In this document: positions 1 through 9,939 of the stretch, piece by piece
Layout of the letters: every line of letters starts with the position of its first letter
How positions within the stretch are numbered: the first letter of the stretch is position 1
NCBI GenBank assembly: GCA_963717995.1
Contig: CAVQXX010000001.1
Span: forward strand, 14,187-78,186
Reading direction: 5' to 3'
DNA length: 64,000 bases
Origin: an uncultured Bacteroidales bacterium
GTDB taxonomy: Bacteria > Bacteroidota > Bacteroidia > Bacteroidales > UBA10428
Made by a program: the position numbers and the translations under genes
The notes under the pieces: model-generated
The model's input: the letters and a program-made list of their open reading frames with translations, nothing else
Told to the model about the DNA's origin: nothing
Databases searched by the model: none

Positions 1-828
1 GTCGCATTTCATGAATGTTCCGTAACCGGTTATACTTTTGCCAGGCATCTTTCGAAAGCCCAGATGATGGAACTGGCTGAATTTCTTCCTGGAGGACCAA
101 GCCTCGCCAGGCTTGCAGGCATTGCAGCTGCTGACAATATCACCATACTGGCCGGATTGTTTGAGAAAGACAGGAATGACAATCTTTATAAAACGTATAT
201 ATGCGTGGATAAAACAGGACTGGTTGCAAGGTTCCGTAAACTTCATCCGTTTATCAATCCCTATCTTACACCGGGAAACGAATACTGTGTTTTTGAATTG
301 CATGGCTGGAAATGTGGTATCCTCATATGCTATGACAACAATGTGATTGAAAACGTAAGAGCTACTGCACTGCTGGGAGCAGAGATCCTGTTCATGCCGC
401 ATGTAACCATGTGCACGCCGTCCACCCGCCCGGGCGCAGGATTTGTTGATCCAATACTCTGGGAGAACAGGGAAAATGATCCTACATCACTGCGACTGGA
501 ATTCGATGGTTTGAAAGGACGGGCATGGCTCATGAAATGGCTGCCTTCACGTGCCTACGACAATGGAGTATATGTGGTATTTTGCAATGCCATTGGAATG
601 GATGACGATCAGTTGAAAAATGGCTGCTCGATGATCCTTGACCCGTTTGGTGATATCCTGGCGGAATGCCGCAAATTGGGGGATGATATGGTTTCATCTG
701 TGCTCACGCCTGAAAAGCTCACTATGTCCGGTGGTTACAGGTATATGAAAGCCAGGCGCCCGGATTTATACAGGGATATTATCGGCCGCCCGCACCAGTC
801 TGATCAAAAAGTGGTGTGGCTGGATTAA
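1..828 (+). CDS. carbon-nitrogen hydrolase (nitrilase superfamily) protein, 5' end outside window
   Basis: Frame 1 is open from base 1 (VAFHECSVTGY...) into ORF 64..828. Nitrilase-fold pattern with catalytic-Cys context WKCGILICYDN. Confidence 0.75.
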   Translation, partial: VAFHECSVTGYTFARHLSKAQMMELAEFLPGGPSLARLAGIAAADNITILAGLFEKDRNDNLYKTYICVDKTGLVARFRKLHPFINPYLTPGNEYCVFELHGWKCGILICYDNNVIENVRATALLGAEILFMPHVTMCTPSTRPGAGFVDPILWENRENDPTSLRLEFDGLKGRAWLMKWLPSRAYDNGVYVVFCNAIGMDDDQLKNGCSMILDPFGDILAECRKLGDDMVSSVLTPEKLTMSGGYRYMKARRPDLYRDIIGRPHQSDQKVVWLD

Positions 829-2183
829 AAAACAAGCGAAAAAACGGTTTCCTTACCGGGAGAGGACTTATAACTGATCATTCCCCTGTGCATCCTCATA
901 ATTTGCCGGGAAAGGCTCAATCCGATTCCTGATCCCTTTTCACGGGTGGTAAAAAAGGGAACAAATATCTTATCCCTGATCTCTTCACTGATCCCGCTGC
1001 CATTGTCAGATACCTGGATCAACACCCGGCCGGCATAATCCGTGAAGGATGCCATGATTATCTGTTTGTTTTCCTGATCATCTAGGGCCTGAATGGAATT
1101 CATCACCAGGTTGATGAGTACCTGCTCAATTAACTGTTTGTCAGCAGTTACAGCAAGTGATTCCGGATCAACGCGCACCGAGAGTTTAATGAGGCGTTTA
1201 TTCGTTTCCGCAGCGAAAAGTAGTCTGATCCCCTGGAGGAGATCCATTACCTTTATTTCAACCAGATGTAAAGTGGGCATGATTGTCAGGCTGCGGAATT
1301 TGTCAACGAATTCCATCATACCCTGTGCCCTTTCATCAATAATATCAAGTCCCCGCACTGTATCCGTTATTTTCTCATCTGTCAGCCGGATATACTGATC
1401 ACCCGATTCTGCAGGATTCTCCCGGAAAAAAGACTTGATCGTCCTGATCGAAGAGCTGATGGGACCCACAGAATTCATAATCTCATGCGTTAACGTCCTG
1501 ATCAGCTTCTGCCAAGAAACGAGTTCATTTTCCTCCAGCTCATGCTTGATATTCTGAAAGGTAAGCAGGCGGATTGTTTCTCCCTGTATTATAAATTCAC
1601 CCACCCTCACAGACAACGGAGTTAATTCTTCATTCAGCCTGAATTGAATAAGGTGCTGCCTTCCTGGTAACAATTGTCTCAACTGGCTCATGGTCCCCTG
1701 GTCCAGGTCATCCAGAAGACGGATAATTTTAGAGGTGGGGATGTTCAGGAGAATTCTGGCCGAAGGATTCAAAATATCAATTTCTCCAGTCGATTTAAAA
1801 GACATGATCCCAATTCCGGCGTTTTCAACCAGGTGCTGCAAATAGAAGGATCTCTGCGTATTTTCAATTTTCAGATGCTGTATTTTCTCATTCACCAGGT
1901 CGAACAGGCTGTACAACATTTCGAAGGAACGGCTGGAGGCTGTTTTTTTATAAACAACGGAGGAATCGTCGCTTGAAATGGCACCAAAGAAATTAGTAAG
2001 GTCCCGGTTAATCCGGTTAATGTATCTTAACAGGAGAATAACCTGGATCACAAGCAGCACGATGAAATTCACGGCAACATACCAATCCGCCCTTTTAATC
2101 ACGGCAAAGGCAATAACCAGGCAGGTTAAGGCTATCAGTATAACCCGGAGGACTGTGATGATATAGAAACGGTTGTGAATCAT
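825..2183 (-). CDS. sensor histidine kinase (partner of the adjacent sigma-54 response regulator)
   Basis: 452-aa ORF with two N-terminal TM helices. H-box LTHEIMNSVGPI; ATPase N/G boxes LINLVMNSIQA, SDNGSGI, GSGIGLSLSRQI. Confidence 0.85.
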   Translation of the reverse strand: MIHNRFYIITVLRVILIALTCLVIAFAVIKRADWYVAVNFIVLLVIQVILLLRYINRINRDLTNFFGAISSDDSSVVYKKTASSRSFEMLYSLFDLVNEKIQHLKIENTQRSFYLQHLVENAGIGIMSFKSTGEIDILNPSARILLNIPTSKIIRLLDDLDQGTMSQLRQLLPGRQHLIQFRLNEELTPLSVRVGEFIIQGETIRLLTFQNIKHELEENELVSWQKLIRTLTHEIMNSVGPISSSIRTIKSFFRENPAESGDQYIRLTDEKITDTVRGLDIIDERAQGMMEFVDKFRSLTIMPTLHLVEIKVMDLLQGIRLLFAAETNKRLIKLSVRVDPESLAVTADKQLIEQVLINLVMNSIQALDDQENKQIIMASFTDYAGRVLIQVSDNGSGISEEIRDKIFVPFFTTREKGSGIGLSLSRQIMRMHRGMISYKSSPGKETVFSLVF

Positions 2184-2203
2184 AATGTTTTTAAGTTATG
2201 CGG

Positions 2204-2400
2204 TTCTGCAGTTTTGCAGTTCTGCAGTTTAGGGAATTGTCCTCGGTGTTCAGCGTTGGGTGTTCGATGTTCGGTGTTATTTTGAGTCAAAAAACACTGA
2301 ACAAAGCCTGCCCCGATCCATCGGGGGAACATCGAATATCGAACACCGAAGACGATCCAACCTACAGCCTAATAGCCTACAGCCTGCAGCCTGCAGCCTA
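2204..2400. repeat. nested mirror arrays of degenerate 7-8-mers around a central hairpin
   Basis: TTNTGCAG x3 (2204-2229) and GGTGTTC-like x5 (2244-2278). Hairpin CCCCGAT/ATCGGGG (2311-2326). Complementary GAACAYC-like x4 (2328-2356) and TRCAGCC x5 (2361-2400). Confidence 0.6.
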
Positions 2401-3772
2401 AATCCCGTAACGCTCTATCTTCCGGTACAGCGTTTGCCTTCCGATACCGAGCTCCCTTGCAGCTTCGGCGATGTTCCAGTTGTTGTTTTTGAGCGACAGC
2501 ATGATCATTTTCTGTTCCATTTCCTCAAGCTTCATTTTGGGTATTGCCAGGTCAAAATGAAGATCCTCCTGGCCAAATGCAAAGTCCTCCGGCTGAATAT
2601 TCCCTGAATCGCTCAGGATGACCGACTTTTCAATTGTATGGCGAAGTTCTCTGACATTACCCGGCCATGGATATGACTTGAGTTTTTCCATCGACTCGCC
2701 TGAAAAGCGAATACCCTTCCGGTCATACCGGCTGGAAAATTCTTTCAGGTAATATTCTGCCAGTAAAAGTATATCATTCCCCCTGGTGCGCAGGGGCGGA
2801 ATTTCAATCTGAATTGTATTAATCCTGTAAAACAGGTCTTCACGGAATAATCCCTTTTTTACCTGCGCCTGCCAGATCCTTGTTCGTGGCGCTGATAATT
2901 CGAATGTCCACCGGGATCTTCCGGTTTGATCCCAGGGGTGTTATGCTTCGCTGTTCAATGGCACTCAACAATTTTGACTGAAGGGAAAAGGCCAGGTTGC
3001 TGATCTCGTCCATGAAAAGAGTACCTCCGTTGGCAATCTCAAATCGTCCGATCCTGTCTTCCCGGGCATCTGTGTATGCACCCTTTATATGACCAAACAA
3101 TTCACTTTCAATAAGGGTTTCAGATAAAGCCCCCAGGTCCACGCTGATGAAATCGTGATTGCTTCTTTGTGAGAGCCTGTGAATCTCCCGCGCAACCAAT
3201 TCTTTTCCGGTTCCGTTTTCTCCTGTAAGCAGAACACTCGCAGTTGTCCCGGCCACTTTCTGAATGTTCCTGTGCAATTCAGCCATAACAGGTGAAGTCC
3301 CTATTATTTCCGAAAAGCCCCGGTTTATATCCTCCTTCAGCTGCTTTTCCCTTAGCTGTAAATGCCTGACCTGCTTTTTCGAATTTCTGAGCTTCATGGC
3401 CGATTGCAGGGTGGCAAGCAACTTATTGTTATCCCACGGCTTCACTATAAAATCAACAGCCCCTTCCTTAATTGCCCGGATAGCCAGTTCAATGTCACCA
3501 TAGGCAGTGATAAAAACTACCACCCCGTCGGGGTCTGCTTCCAGGATGGTGTGCAGCCAGAATATTCCTTCATTTCCGGTATTGATGCCGGCAGCAAAAT
3601 TCATATCAAGGACGATCACATCCGGCAGTTCCTTTTGAAGAAAACTGATGATCTGGTTTGGATTTCGAAGTATGCTGATTTTCTCAAACTGGTATTTGAG
3701 AAACAAATCAAGCGAATTCAATACGCTGACATTGTCATCCACGATAAGAATATGCCCGGCGGATTTTGACAT
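2398..3772 (-). pseudogene. sigma-54-dependent Fis-family response regulator (NtrC-like), one frameshift (possibly a sequencing error)
   Basis: ORF 2840..3772 has a receiver domain (IVDDN, DMNF) plus AAA+ motifs GENGTGKE and GAYTDA. In another frame FREDLFYRINTIQIEIPPLR runs on into ORF 2398..2691 (WPGNVREL plus a C-terminal Fis-type HTH). The frame change lies at about 2860-2875. Confidence 0.85.
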
Positions 3773-3832
3773 GAAGGAGTTATTCAGATAATTGCCAATT
3801 CATGATAAAAATACGAAATATGTTCCAGTAAC

Positions 3833-3847
3833 ATACACCGGGTGTAT
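3833..3847. promoter_or_regulatory. perfect palindrome ATACACC-G-GGTGTAT, candidate enhancer (UAS) site for the NtrC-like activator
   Basis: 15-bp palindrome in the divergent intergenic region, about 90 bp upstream of the sigma-54-like promoter. Confidence 0.3.
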
Positions 3848-3923
3848 CAGAATGGTACACTTAATTCATAAACATCGTCCGGAATATTGTGTATAATTCT
3901 GATTTATTGTTTGTTAAATACAG

Positions 3924-3939
3924 TGGCATAAACCTTGTT
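3924..3939 (+). promoter_or_regulatory. sigma-54 (-24/-12)-like promoter
   Basis: TGGCAT-N5-TTGTT compared with consensus TGGCAC-N5-TTGCW; the -12 GC is GT. It sits 36 nt upstream of the ATG at 3975 and next to a divergent sigma-54 activator gene. Confidence 0.35.
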
Positions 3940-3974
3940 TATCCCATACCAACACTACTTTAAAAATTATCGCC

Positions 3975-6300
3975 ATGTTTTTGCACTATCTGATTACAGC
4001 CTGGAGAAACTTCTTAAAAAACAGGATCATTTCGGTCATCAACATACTGGGCCTTACTCTCGGACTGGCTTCAGCCGTGATTGCCATTGCCTATGCACAA
4101 CATGAACTTTCATATGAAAAGATCCATGAGAAATCGAACAGGATTGCCGCCATTTACCTGAAAGGCAGTTTCGGAGATCTTCAATTCATTCCGAATTCCT
4201 TTGGCCCGGAGGGTGAAGCGATACAGGCCCTGTTTCCGGAAGTGGAGGCACGAACAATTACAAGGGTATATTCAACCACTGTTAGAGCAGGTGAAAACCT
4301 GTTTATTGAAGATGACATATCATTTGTGGATTCCATGTTCTTCAAAATCTTCACAATTCCCTTTATCGATGGATCCCCATCCGGAGACCCCCAGAGTATT
4401 GTTATTTCAAAACAAGCCGCAGACCGGTATTTTGGCAGGGACAATCCCATAGGAAAGAGCCTGCGCATCAATTGCGAGGGAGAACAGGTTGATTTTACGG
4501 TAAGCGGGATATTCAAGGATCTTCCTTCCAACACCACTGTGAAAGCTGATTTTTTTATTCCGTTTTCATTTTCAAAAAGATTTGGCTTCTGGAAATACCA
4601 GGAATACAATTCAACTGCCTATAATGCTTTTGTTTTACTGAGACCGGGCACCAACGTGGCTTTTCTAAATGAAAAGATTCTTAAGAACTATAAAATACCT
4701 GTTCCGATAGATAATATTGCCGCCTTTCTCCTGCCGCTAAAGGAAATCCATTTCAACGGAACATTTGAAAATACAAAGGGAAAACTGCTTGTTTTCCTAC
4801 TGGGTGGCCTGTTTGTTATTCTTATCTCATGCCTTAACTATATCAACCTGTCTACCATACTTTTCTCCATGAGAACGAAGGAAACGGGCATCCGGAAGGT
4901 GAATGGCGCCCGGAGGAAACACATCCTGGTCCAGCTTTTTACAGATACCCTGCTGTCCACACTCATCAGCTTTAACCTGGCCATCATCCTGATAAAATTA
5001 GTCCTTCCCTGGTTTAATTCAAAAATGTATACCAACCTTCAACTGACCAGCGACAAGAACTTTATACTGGCAGGTCTTGCCTTGTTCTTCATTATCAATG
5101 TATTATCCGGTATATACCCTGCAATACGATATTCATCCGTGAAGCCGGTTACCCTTATGAAACCGGAAATGACAGCCGGTCATTCCAGATCGTATTCCCG
5201 CAGGATCCTTACCACACTGCAACTGTTGCTGGCGGTTGTTTTTATCCAGGTTATCATGATCATGGATAAACAGAGTTTTTACTTAAACAACATAGACCTT
5301 AAAAAGTTTGATTCAGAAAACGTGATCTGTATTAAAGGTTATCCCTGGGGTGATCTCCACAAGGTGAAGGATGAACTGTTGAAAAATTCAGCAATAGAGG
5401 CTGTTTCCTGGGGTTCTAACCTGCCTACCATGGGATACAATCTTACCATGGATTGGAAGGAAAAGGACAATAAAATCCTGGTCACGGATTTTTACTTTGC
5501 ACCGGACTATTTGGATGTTTACAGGATCAAATTGAAAAGCCGGGCGGTTCCTGTCCGACGAATACCCTTCGGATAAAGAACAGGCAGTTGTAATCAATGA
5601 CCGGACAGCAGCTGAACTGGGCTATACCGATCCGTTAAATAAACAGGTGATGATCAGGGGAAAGCAATATACAATTGTAGGTGTAACGGATGATTACATG
5701 GCTATTCCGCCCATCGTGGATAAAATGGCGCTATTGATCACCTATAGCAGGGAAGTTAATGAATACCTTATTATCCGGGTAAAACCCGGAAATAAGGAGG
5801 CTATTCATCAGTATATCAGGACTACGCTTCAAAAATTCAATCCCGATTACCCGGTGGAAATAAAATATCATGATGATGTCATTTTGGGCACAAAAGAAGC
5901 GCAGTCTTACGTTGCCGCAAGCCGGCTGATGCATATATTTTTCCTGCTCACGATCATTAATTCACTGATCGGAATTTTTGGCCTCTCGGTCTTTGTGGCC
6001 CAGCGAAACCGGAAAGCCATCGGCATAAGGAAAGTATTCGGGGCAAACATCATCGGTATCATGTTCAGATATTCAAAAGGCCTGATCATGCAGACACTTT
6101 TTGCCATAGCCCTGGCATCTCCCGTATCGTATATGGTGGGAAAAGGATATTTGTCCATTTTCCCCGAGCATGTGCAGCCCGGAATCCTGTTTTTGCTGTT
6201 TGGAGGATTGCTGATTGCCGTGATGCTTGCAATTACGGTAAGCTGGCAAACCTTAAATGCTGCCCGCACGGACCCGGCCCGCTCTCTTCATTATGAATGA
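3975..6300 (+). pseudogene. FtsX/MacB-like ABC transporter permease (two FtsX domains), one frameshift at an A4 run
   Basis: ORFs 3975..5576 and 5647..6300 each carry FtsX-type TM bundles. Removing one A at 5535-5538 gives ...YRIKLKAGRFLSDEYPSDKEQAVVINDRTAAELGY... and joins them. Confidence 0.85.
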
Positions 6301-6365
6301 GAAGGCAAGTATTTCCTATCCATTTTTGTATTTGCAATCATTCAATTATTTAACTTTGGGGATAT

Positions 6366-7601
6366 ATGAAGGATTCATTGTCGCCAAGGCTTTTGAATGT
6401 AATTGTTGTCGTAGCCGCCCTGGGTTACTTTGTCGATATTTACGATCTCATTCTCTTTGGCATAGTCAAGAATCCGAGCCTTACCGACCTCGGGCTGCCG
6501 CAGACTGAATTGTTCAGCAAGGGAAATTTTATACTCAGCATGCAGATGGCAGGCATGCTGATGGGCGGCATTGTATGGGGCATCCTGGGAGATAAAAAGG
6601 GTCGTCTGTCAATCCTGTTCATGACCATCCTACTGTATTCCCTCGCCAACCTTGCCAATGGCTTTATAACCAGTGTAAATCAGTATGCATGGCTCAGGTT
6701 TGTGGCAGGATTTGGGCTGGCGGGTGAATTCGGATTAGGCGTTACCATGGTATCCGAAATCATGTCAAAGGAAAAAAGAGGCCTCGGTGCAAGCATTGTG
6801 TCAGGAATAGGCATCGTTGGCGCAGTATTTGCCTTTTTCGTTGCGGAGCGATTTAGCTGGAGAACAGCCTACTTCACAGGTGGTGCACTGGGACTGTTAT
6901 TACTCTTGCTTCGCATTGCAGTTTATGAATCGGGCATGTATGAAAAAACAAGGGCACAGGCCGTTAGCAAGGGTAATTTCCTGGCCCTGTTTACAAATGT
7001 AAAACGTTTTAAAAAATTTGCCTTTTGCACATTGCTGGCCTTGCCTACCTGGTATACTGTCAGCGTGCTTGCCATCAACGCCCCGTCATTTGCAAAGGAT
7101 GCACTGGCTCTTACCGGAACTGTTAAAGGATCCACGTCTGTAATGGTGCATTATATCGGTGCATCCCTGGGCAGCTTTTTATTCGGATATCTTTCACTCA
7201 GATTCAGATCCCGTAAAAAAGCCATATTCCTGGCCATCATGAGCATTTCCGTGCTTACAGCAGTTTATTTTTCACTTACAGGAGCTACTCCCATGATGTT
7301 CTATTCGGTATTGCTCCTGCTGGGCATCCCCATGGGCGGATTATGGGCAATATTCGTGGCCGCCGCATCCGAACAGTTCGGAACGAATATCCGGGCAACG
7401 GTTACAACCACTGCTCCGAATTTTGTGCGGGGAGGAACCATCCTGATTGCTTATTTACTGGGAGCGCTCACACCGGTAACAGGATTATGGTGGTCGGGTG
7501 TTATCGTGGGTGTTATTTTTATCAGCATTGCATTGTGGTCGGCTTTCAAAACAGAGGAGACATATGGCAAGGAGCTGGATTATGTGGAAGTGATTGAATA
7601 A
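6366..7601 (+). CDS. MFS transporter
   Basis: 411 aa with about 12 predicted TM segments and the MFS loop motif GILGDKKGR. Confidence 0.8.
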   Translation: MKDSLSPRLLNVIVVVAALGYFVDIYDLILFGIVKNPSLTDLGLPQTELFSKGNFILSMQMAGMLMGGIVWGILGDKKGRLSILFMTILLYSLANLANGFITSVNQYAWLRFVAGFGLAGEFGLGVTMVSEIMSKEKRGLGASIVSGIGIVGAVFAFFVAERFSWRTAYFTGGALGLLLLLLRIAVYESGMYEKTRAQAVSKGNFLALFTNVKRFKKFAFCTLLALPTWYTVSVLAINAPSFAKDALALTGTVKGSTSVMVHYIGASLGSFLFGYLSLRFRSRKKAIFLAIMSISVLTAVYFSLTGATPMMFYSVLLLLGIPMGGLWAIFVAAASEQFGTNIRATVTTTAPNFVRGGTILIAYLLGALTPVTGLWWSGVIVGVIFISIALWSAFKTEETYGKELDYVEVIE

Positions 7602-7632
7602 TCTCTGGTAACTGTGAGATGGCCCAAAGGAT

Positions 7633-7823
7633 ATCGCAGAGTTGAGCAGAGATTATGGAGTTTAACGGATCTATTGAGGGCGCAGAGAATCTCATTGCAT
7701 TCGATTGAAGGGTTTCAGAGAAAAAAACATAAAATGACTTAAACATCACATAATGTATGAATACTCAAAATTTCCATGCGAGCAACGCGAGCATTAATCT
7801 GCGAAATCTGCGTGAATCTGCGA
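7633..7823. repeat. imperfect inverted arrays of 9-10-nt words (CGCAGAG type versus AATCTGCG type)
   Basis: Left side: ATCGCAGAG, TTGAGCAGAG, GCGCAGAGAATC. Right side: CCATGCGAG, CAACGCGAG, ATCTGCGA, AATCTGCGTG, AATCTGCGAG. Confidence 0.45.
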
Positions 7824-7921
7824 GATAAAATGCCACTTATAAATGAATTAATCTTTGAACCAATAGCAGCATCGCTTTGTTACCTTATGATAACATCTTA
7901 TAATAACCATAAAATCATACA

Positions 7922-8335
7922 ATGAAAAGTACAGCAAATGCAACCTGGAAAGGAACCCTGAAAGAAGGCTCAGGCATCATGAATTCAACAACAAAATTTT
8001 TTGGTAATATGCCCTATACTTTTACCTCCCGTTTTGTGGATGGTAAAGGAGGTACGAACCCGGAAGAATTGATTGCTGCTGCCCATGCCGGATGTTACAG
8101 CATGGCACTCAGCGCTGATCTCGAAAAAGCCGGCTTTAGGTCTGAACAAGTCGAAGCATCCGCTACAGTTACTGTTGATAACGGCACAATCACTACCTCA
8201 CATCTTGTGGTGAAAGCGAAAGTTCCGGGAATTGGTAAAGAAGAATTTGCGAAAATTGCGGCAGCTACAAAATCCAACTGTCCTGTTTCGAAAGCGCTTA
8301 ACGTAACGATCAGCCTCGAGGCTGTTCTGGTGTAG
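7922..8335 (+). CDS. osmC: OsmC-family peroxiredoxin
   Basis: 137 aa. Colinear similarity to E. coli OsmC as I recall it (WKG..K.G.G, GTNPEELIAAAHAGCYSMAL, CPVSKAL), including both conserved Cys. Confidence 0.85.
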   Translation: MKSTANATWKGTLKEGSGIMNSTTKFFGNMPYTFTSRFVDGKGGTNPEELIAAAHAGCYSMALSADLEKAGFRSEQVEASATVTVDNGTITTSHLVVKAKVPGIGKEEFAKIAAATKSNCPVSKALNVTISLEAVLV

Positions 8336-8340
8336 AAAAA

Positions 8341-8796
8341 CTACTTGTCGAGTTTAACATTTACGGCACGAGGTCCTTTGTGGCCCATCTCTACTTCAAA
8401 GGTCACCCGGTTTTGCTCGCCAACTGAATCCACAAAGTCGTTAATGTGAACAAATACACTCTGCTGGTTTTCGAGGTCCCTGATAAAACCGTAACCCTTT
8501 GATTCATTGAAAAATGAAACGATTCCCCTTCGAACGGTATTTTCAGGGGCTTCGGAACTGTTTCTCGGTACACTGACTGCAATATCTTCAGCGTTCACTT
8601 TTCTTCTCATGAGTGGATCGGGCGGAGTGGAAGATAATCTTCCGTTTTCATCCACGTAGGCGATCATATCATCGAAGCTTTTCCCCTCCTGGGCATTTTC
8701 TTTTCTGTCCAGTCTTTTCTTCTCCTTGTCTTTTCTTTTCTTTTCCTTTTTGTTTCTTACTTCCTTTTTGTTATAAGTTTCCTGTGATCTGCTCAT
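8341..8796 (-). CDS. cold-shock domain protein with a Lys/Glu-rich N-terminal extension
   Basis: C-terminal CSD (GIVSFFNESKGYGFI, VFVHINDF). N-terminal KKEKKRKDKEKKR tract. Confidence 0.8.
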   Translation of the reverse strand: MSRSQETYNKKEVRNKKEKKRKDKEKKRLDRKENAQEGKSFDDMIAYVDENGRLSSTPPDPLMRRKVNAEDIAVSVPRNSSEAPENTVRRGIVSFFNESKGYGFIRDLENQQSVFVHINDFVDSVGEQNRVTFEVEMGHKGPRAVNVKLDK

Positions 8797-9057
8797 ATTT
8801 ATAGTTATACGTAATTAATTTTATATGCCTTTCCCGGCTACCACCCGAAGACAGTTCCTGATAAGCACATTCTTAAATTGAAAATATCGATCAAAGGTAC
8901 AATTAATTCCTGTTAATACGAGAAATCTTTTTTGCTGGACATAATTAATCTTCATTCGAAATTATTTTTACTTTCATTTATAATTTTTTTGTATTTGTTA
9001 TGAAATGATTTACATTTGAGACGAATATTCGGGTCAACATTTCGCACTTTAGTAATC

Positions 9058-9939
9058 ATGATTTTCAATATACAGCGATTTTCCACGCATGACGGAAACG
9101 GGATCAGAACCATGATCTTTTATAAAGGATGCCCGCTGCAGTGTGCCTGGTGCTGCAATCCCGAAAGCCAGTCGTTTGACTGCAGCATCCTGTATGACCG
9201 GCGAAAATGCAAATCTTTTGGTGACTGTCTCGTAACTGAACCCACTGCTAAGCGTATTGCCAGGCTAATTCACAAACTTCACCCGGCTTCCTTCGATTTT
9301 TATAGAAATGTCTGCCCGACCCGGGCCATACAGGTTTCAGGAGAGGAAAAGTCAACCGCCGAGTTAATAGACGAAATCGAAAAAGACCTTCCTTTTTATC
9401 AGCATAGTGAGGGCGGGGTGACTTTGTCGGGAGGCGAGCCTCTTTCCCAGGGAGAAAACCTGGTTGAACTGCTGTCACTTTTAAAAAATAAGAACCTGGA
9501 TGTTGCCATTGAAACGTCCCTTCATGTAGAATGGCCGCGTGTGGAAAGATGCCTGGGACTTGTAGGTACTTTTTTAGTGGATGTAAAACATACCGATGGG
9601 GAAAAATTCAAACAGTATACCGGCGGTAACCTTCATCTGGTGAACACCAACCTGAAGCAACTAGTTGAAAAAAAGGAAAATATAATCGCCCGCATACCGG
9701 TAATACCCGATTTCAATCACTCATGGGAAGAGATGGAGGCAATAGTGGATTTCATCCATTCGCTGCATCATATCCGTGAAATACATTTTCTTCCGTACCA
9801 TACACTGGGAACCGAAAAATACGCTATGCTGGGAATGGAATATATATTTGGAAAAAAGAAGCCGGTTGATGAGGCCGGTTTAAATAATTATGTCGATTAT
9901 GCCCGAAATAAAGGATTTACAGTCAAAACCGGAGGCTGA
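9058..9939 (+). CDS. glycyl-radical enzyme activating protein (radical SAM)
   Basis: MIFNIQRFSTHDGNGIRT and CPLQCAWCCNPE (CxxxCxxC). The ATG at 9058 is preferred over the TTG at 9016. The auxiliary Fe-S insert looks Cys-poor (CKSFGDC...VCPTRA only). Confidence 0.85.
   Translation: MIFNIQRFSTHDGNGIRTMIFYKGCPLQCAWCCNPESQSFDCSILYDRRKCKSFGDCLVTEPTAKRIARLIHKLHPASFDFYRNVCPTRAIQVSGEEKSTAELIDEIEKDLPFYQHSEGGVTLSGGEPLSQGENLVELLSLLKNKNLDVAIETSLHVEWPRVERCLGLVGTFLVDVKHTDGEKFKQYTGGNLHLVNTNLKQLVEKKENIIARIPVIPDFNHSWEEMEAIVDFIHSLHHIREIHFLPYHTLGTEKYAMLGMEYIFGKKKPVDEAGLNNYVDYARNKGFTVKTGG

Noticed and set aside
825-828. 4-nt overlap of the convergent stop codons (TTAA) of the C-N hydrolase and the histidine kinase
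   Set aside because: This is real but trivial. Such overlaps are common and imply nothing beyond compact gene packing.
1093-1976. Plus-strand ORFs 1093..1398 and 1674..1976 (and many similar ORFs, e.g. 3362..3769, 12371..12859, 14854..15279, 30596..31189, 51061..51513)
   Set aside because: They are shadow ORFs antisense to, or out of frame with, long well-supported CDSs. Their composition is biased (e.g. the Ser-rich 14854..15279 opposite an acidic repeat) and they carry no motifs.
2198-2607. ORFs 2198..2401 and 2260..2607 in the gap between the kinase and regulator genes
   Set aside because: Their low-complexity translations are generated by the mirrored word arrays. 2260..2607 also runs antisense into the regulator gene. 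No coding signal.
5530-5545. Programmed ribosomal frameshifting as the explanation for split genes (FtsX and others)
   Set aside because: There is no conserved slippery heptamer plus downstream structure. The same kind of break occurs in about 12 unrelated genes, mostly at simple homopolymers. Indel error or ordinary mutation is more parsimonious.
9016-9057. TTG start at 9016 for the GRE activase
   Set aside because: The ATG at 9058 gives the canonical N-terminus MIFNIQRFSTHDG. The 14 extra codons have no support.
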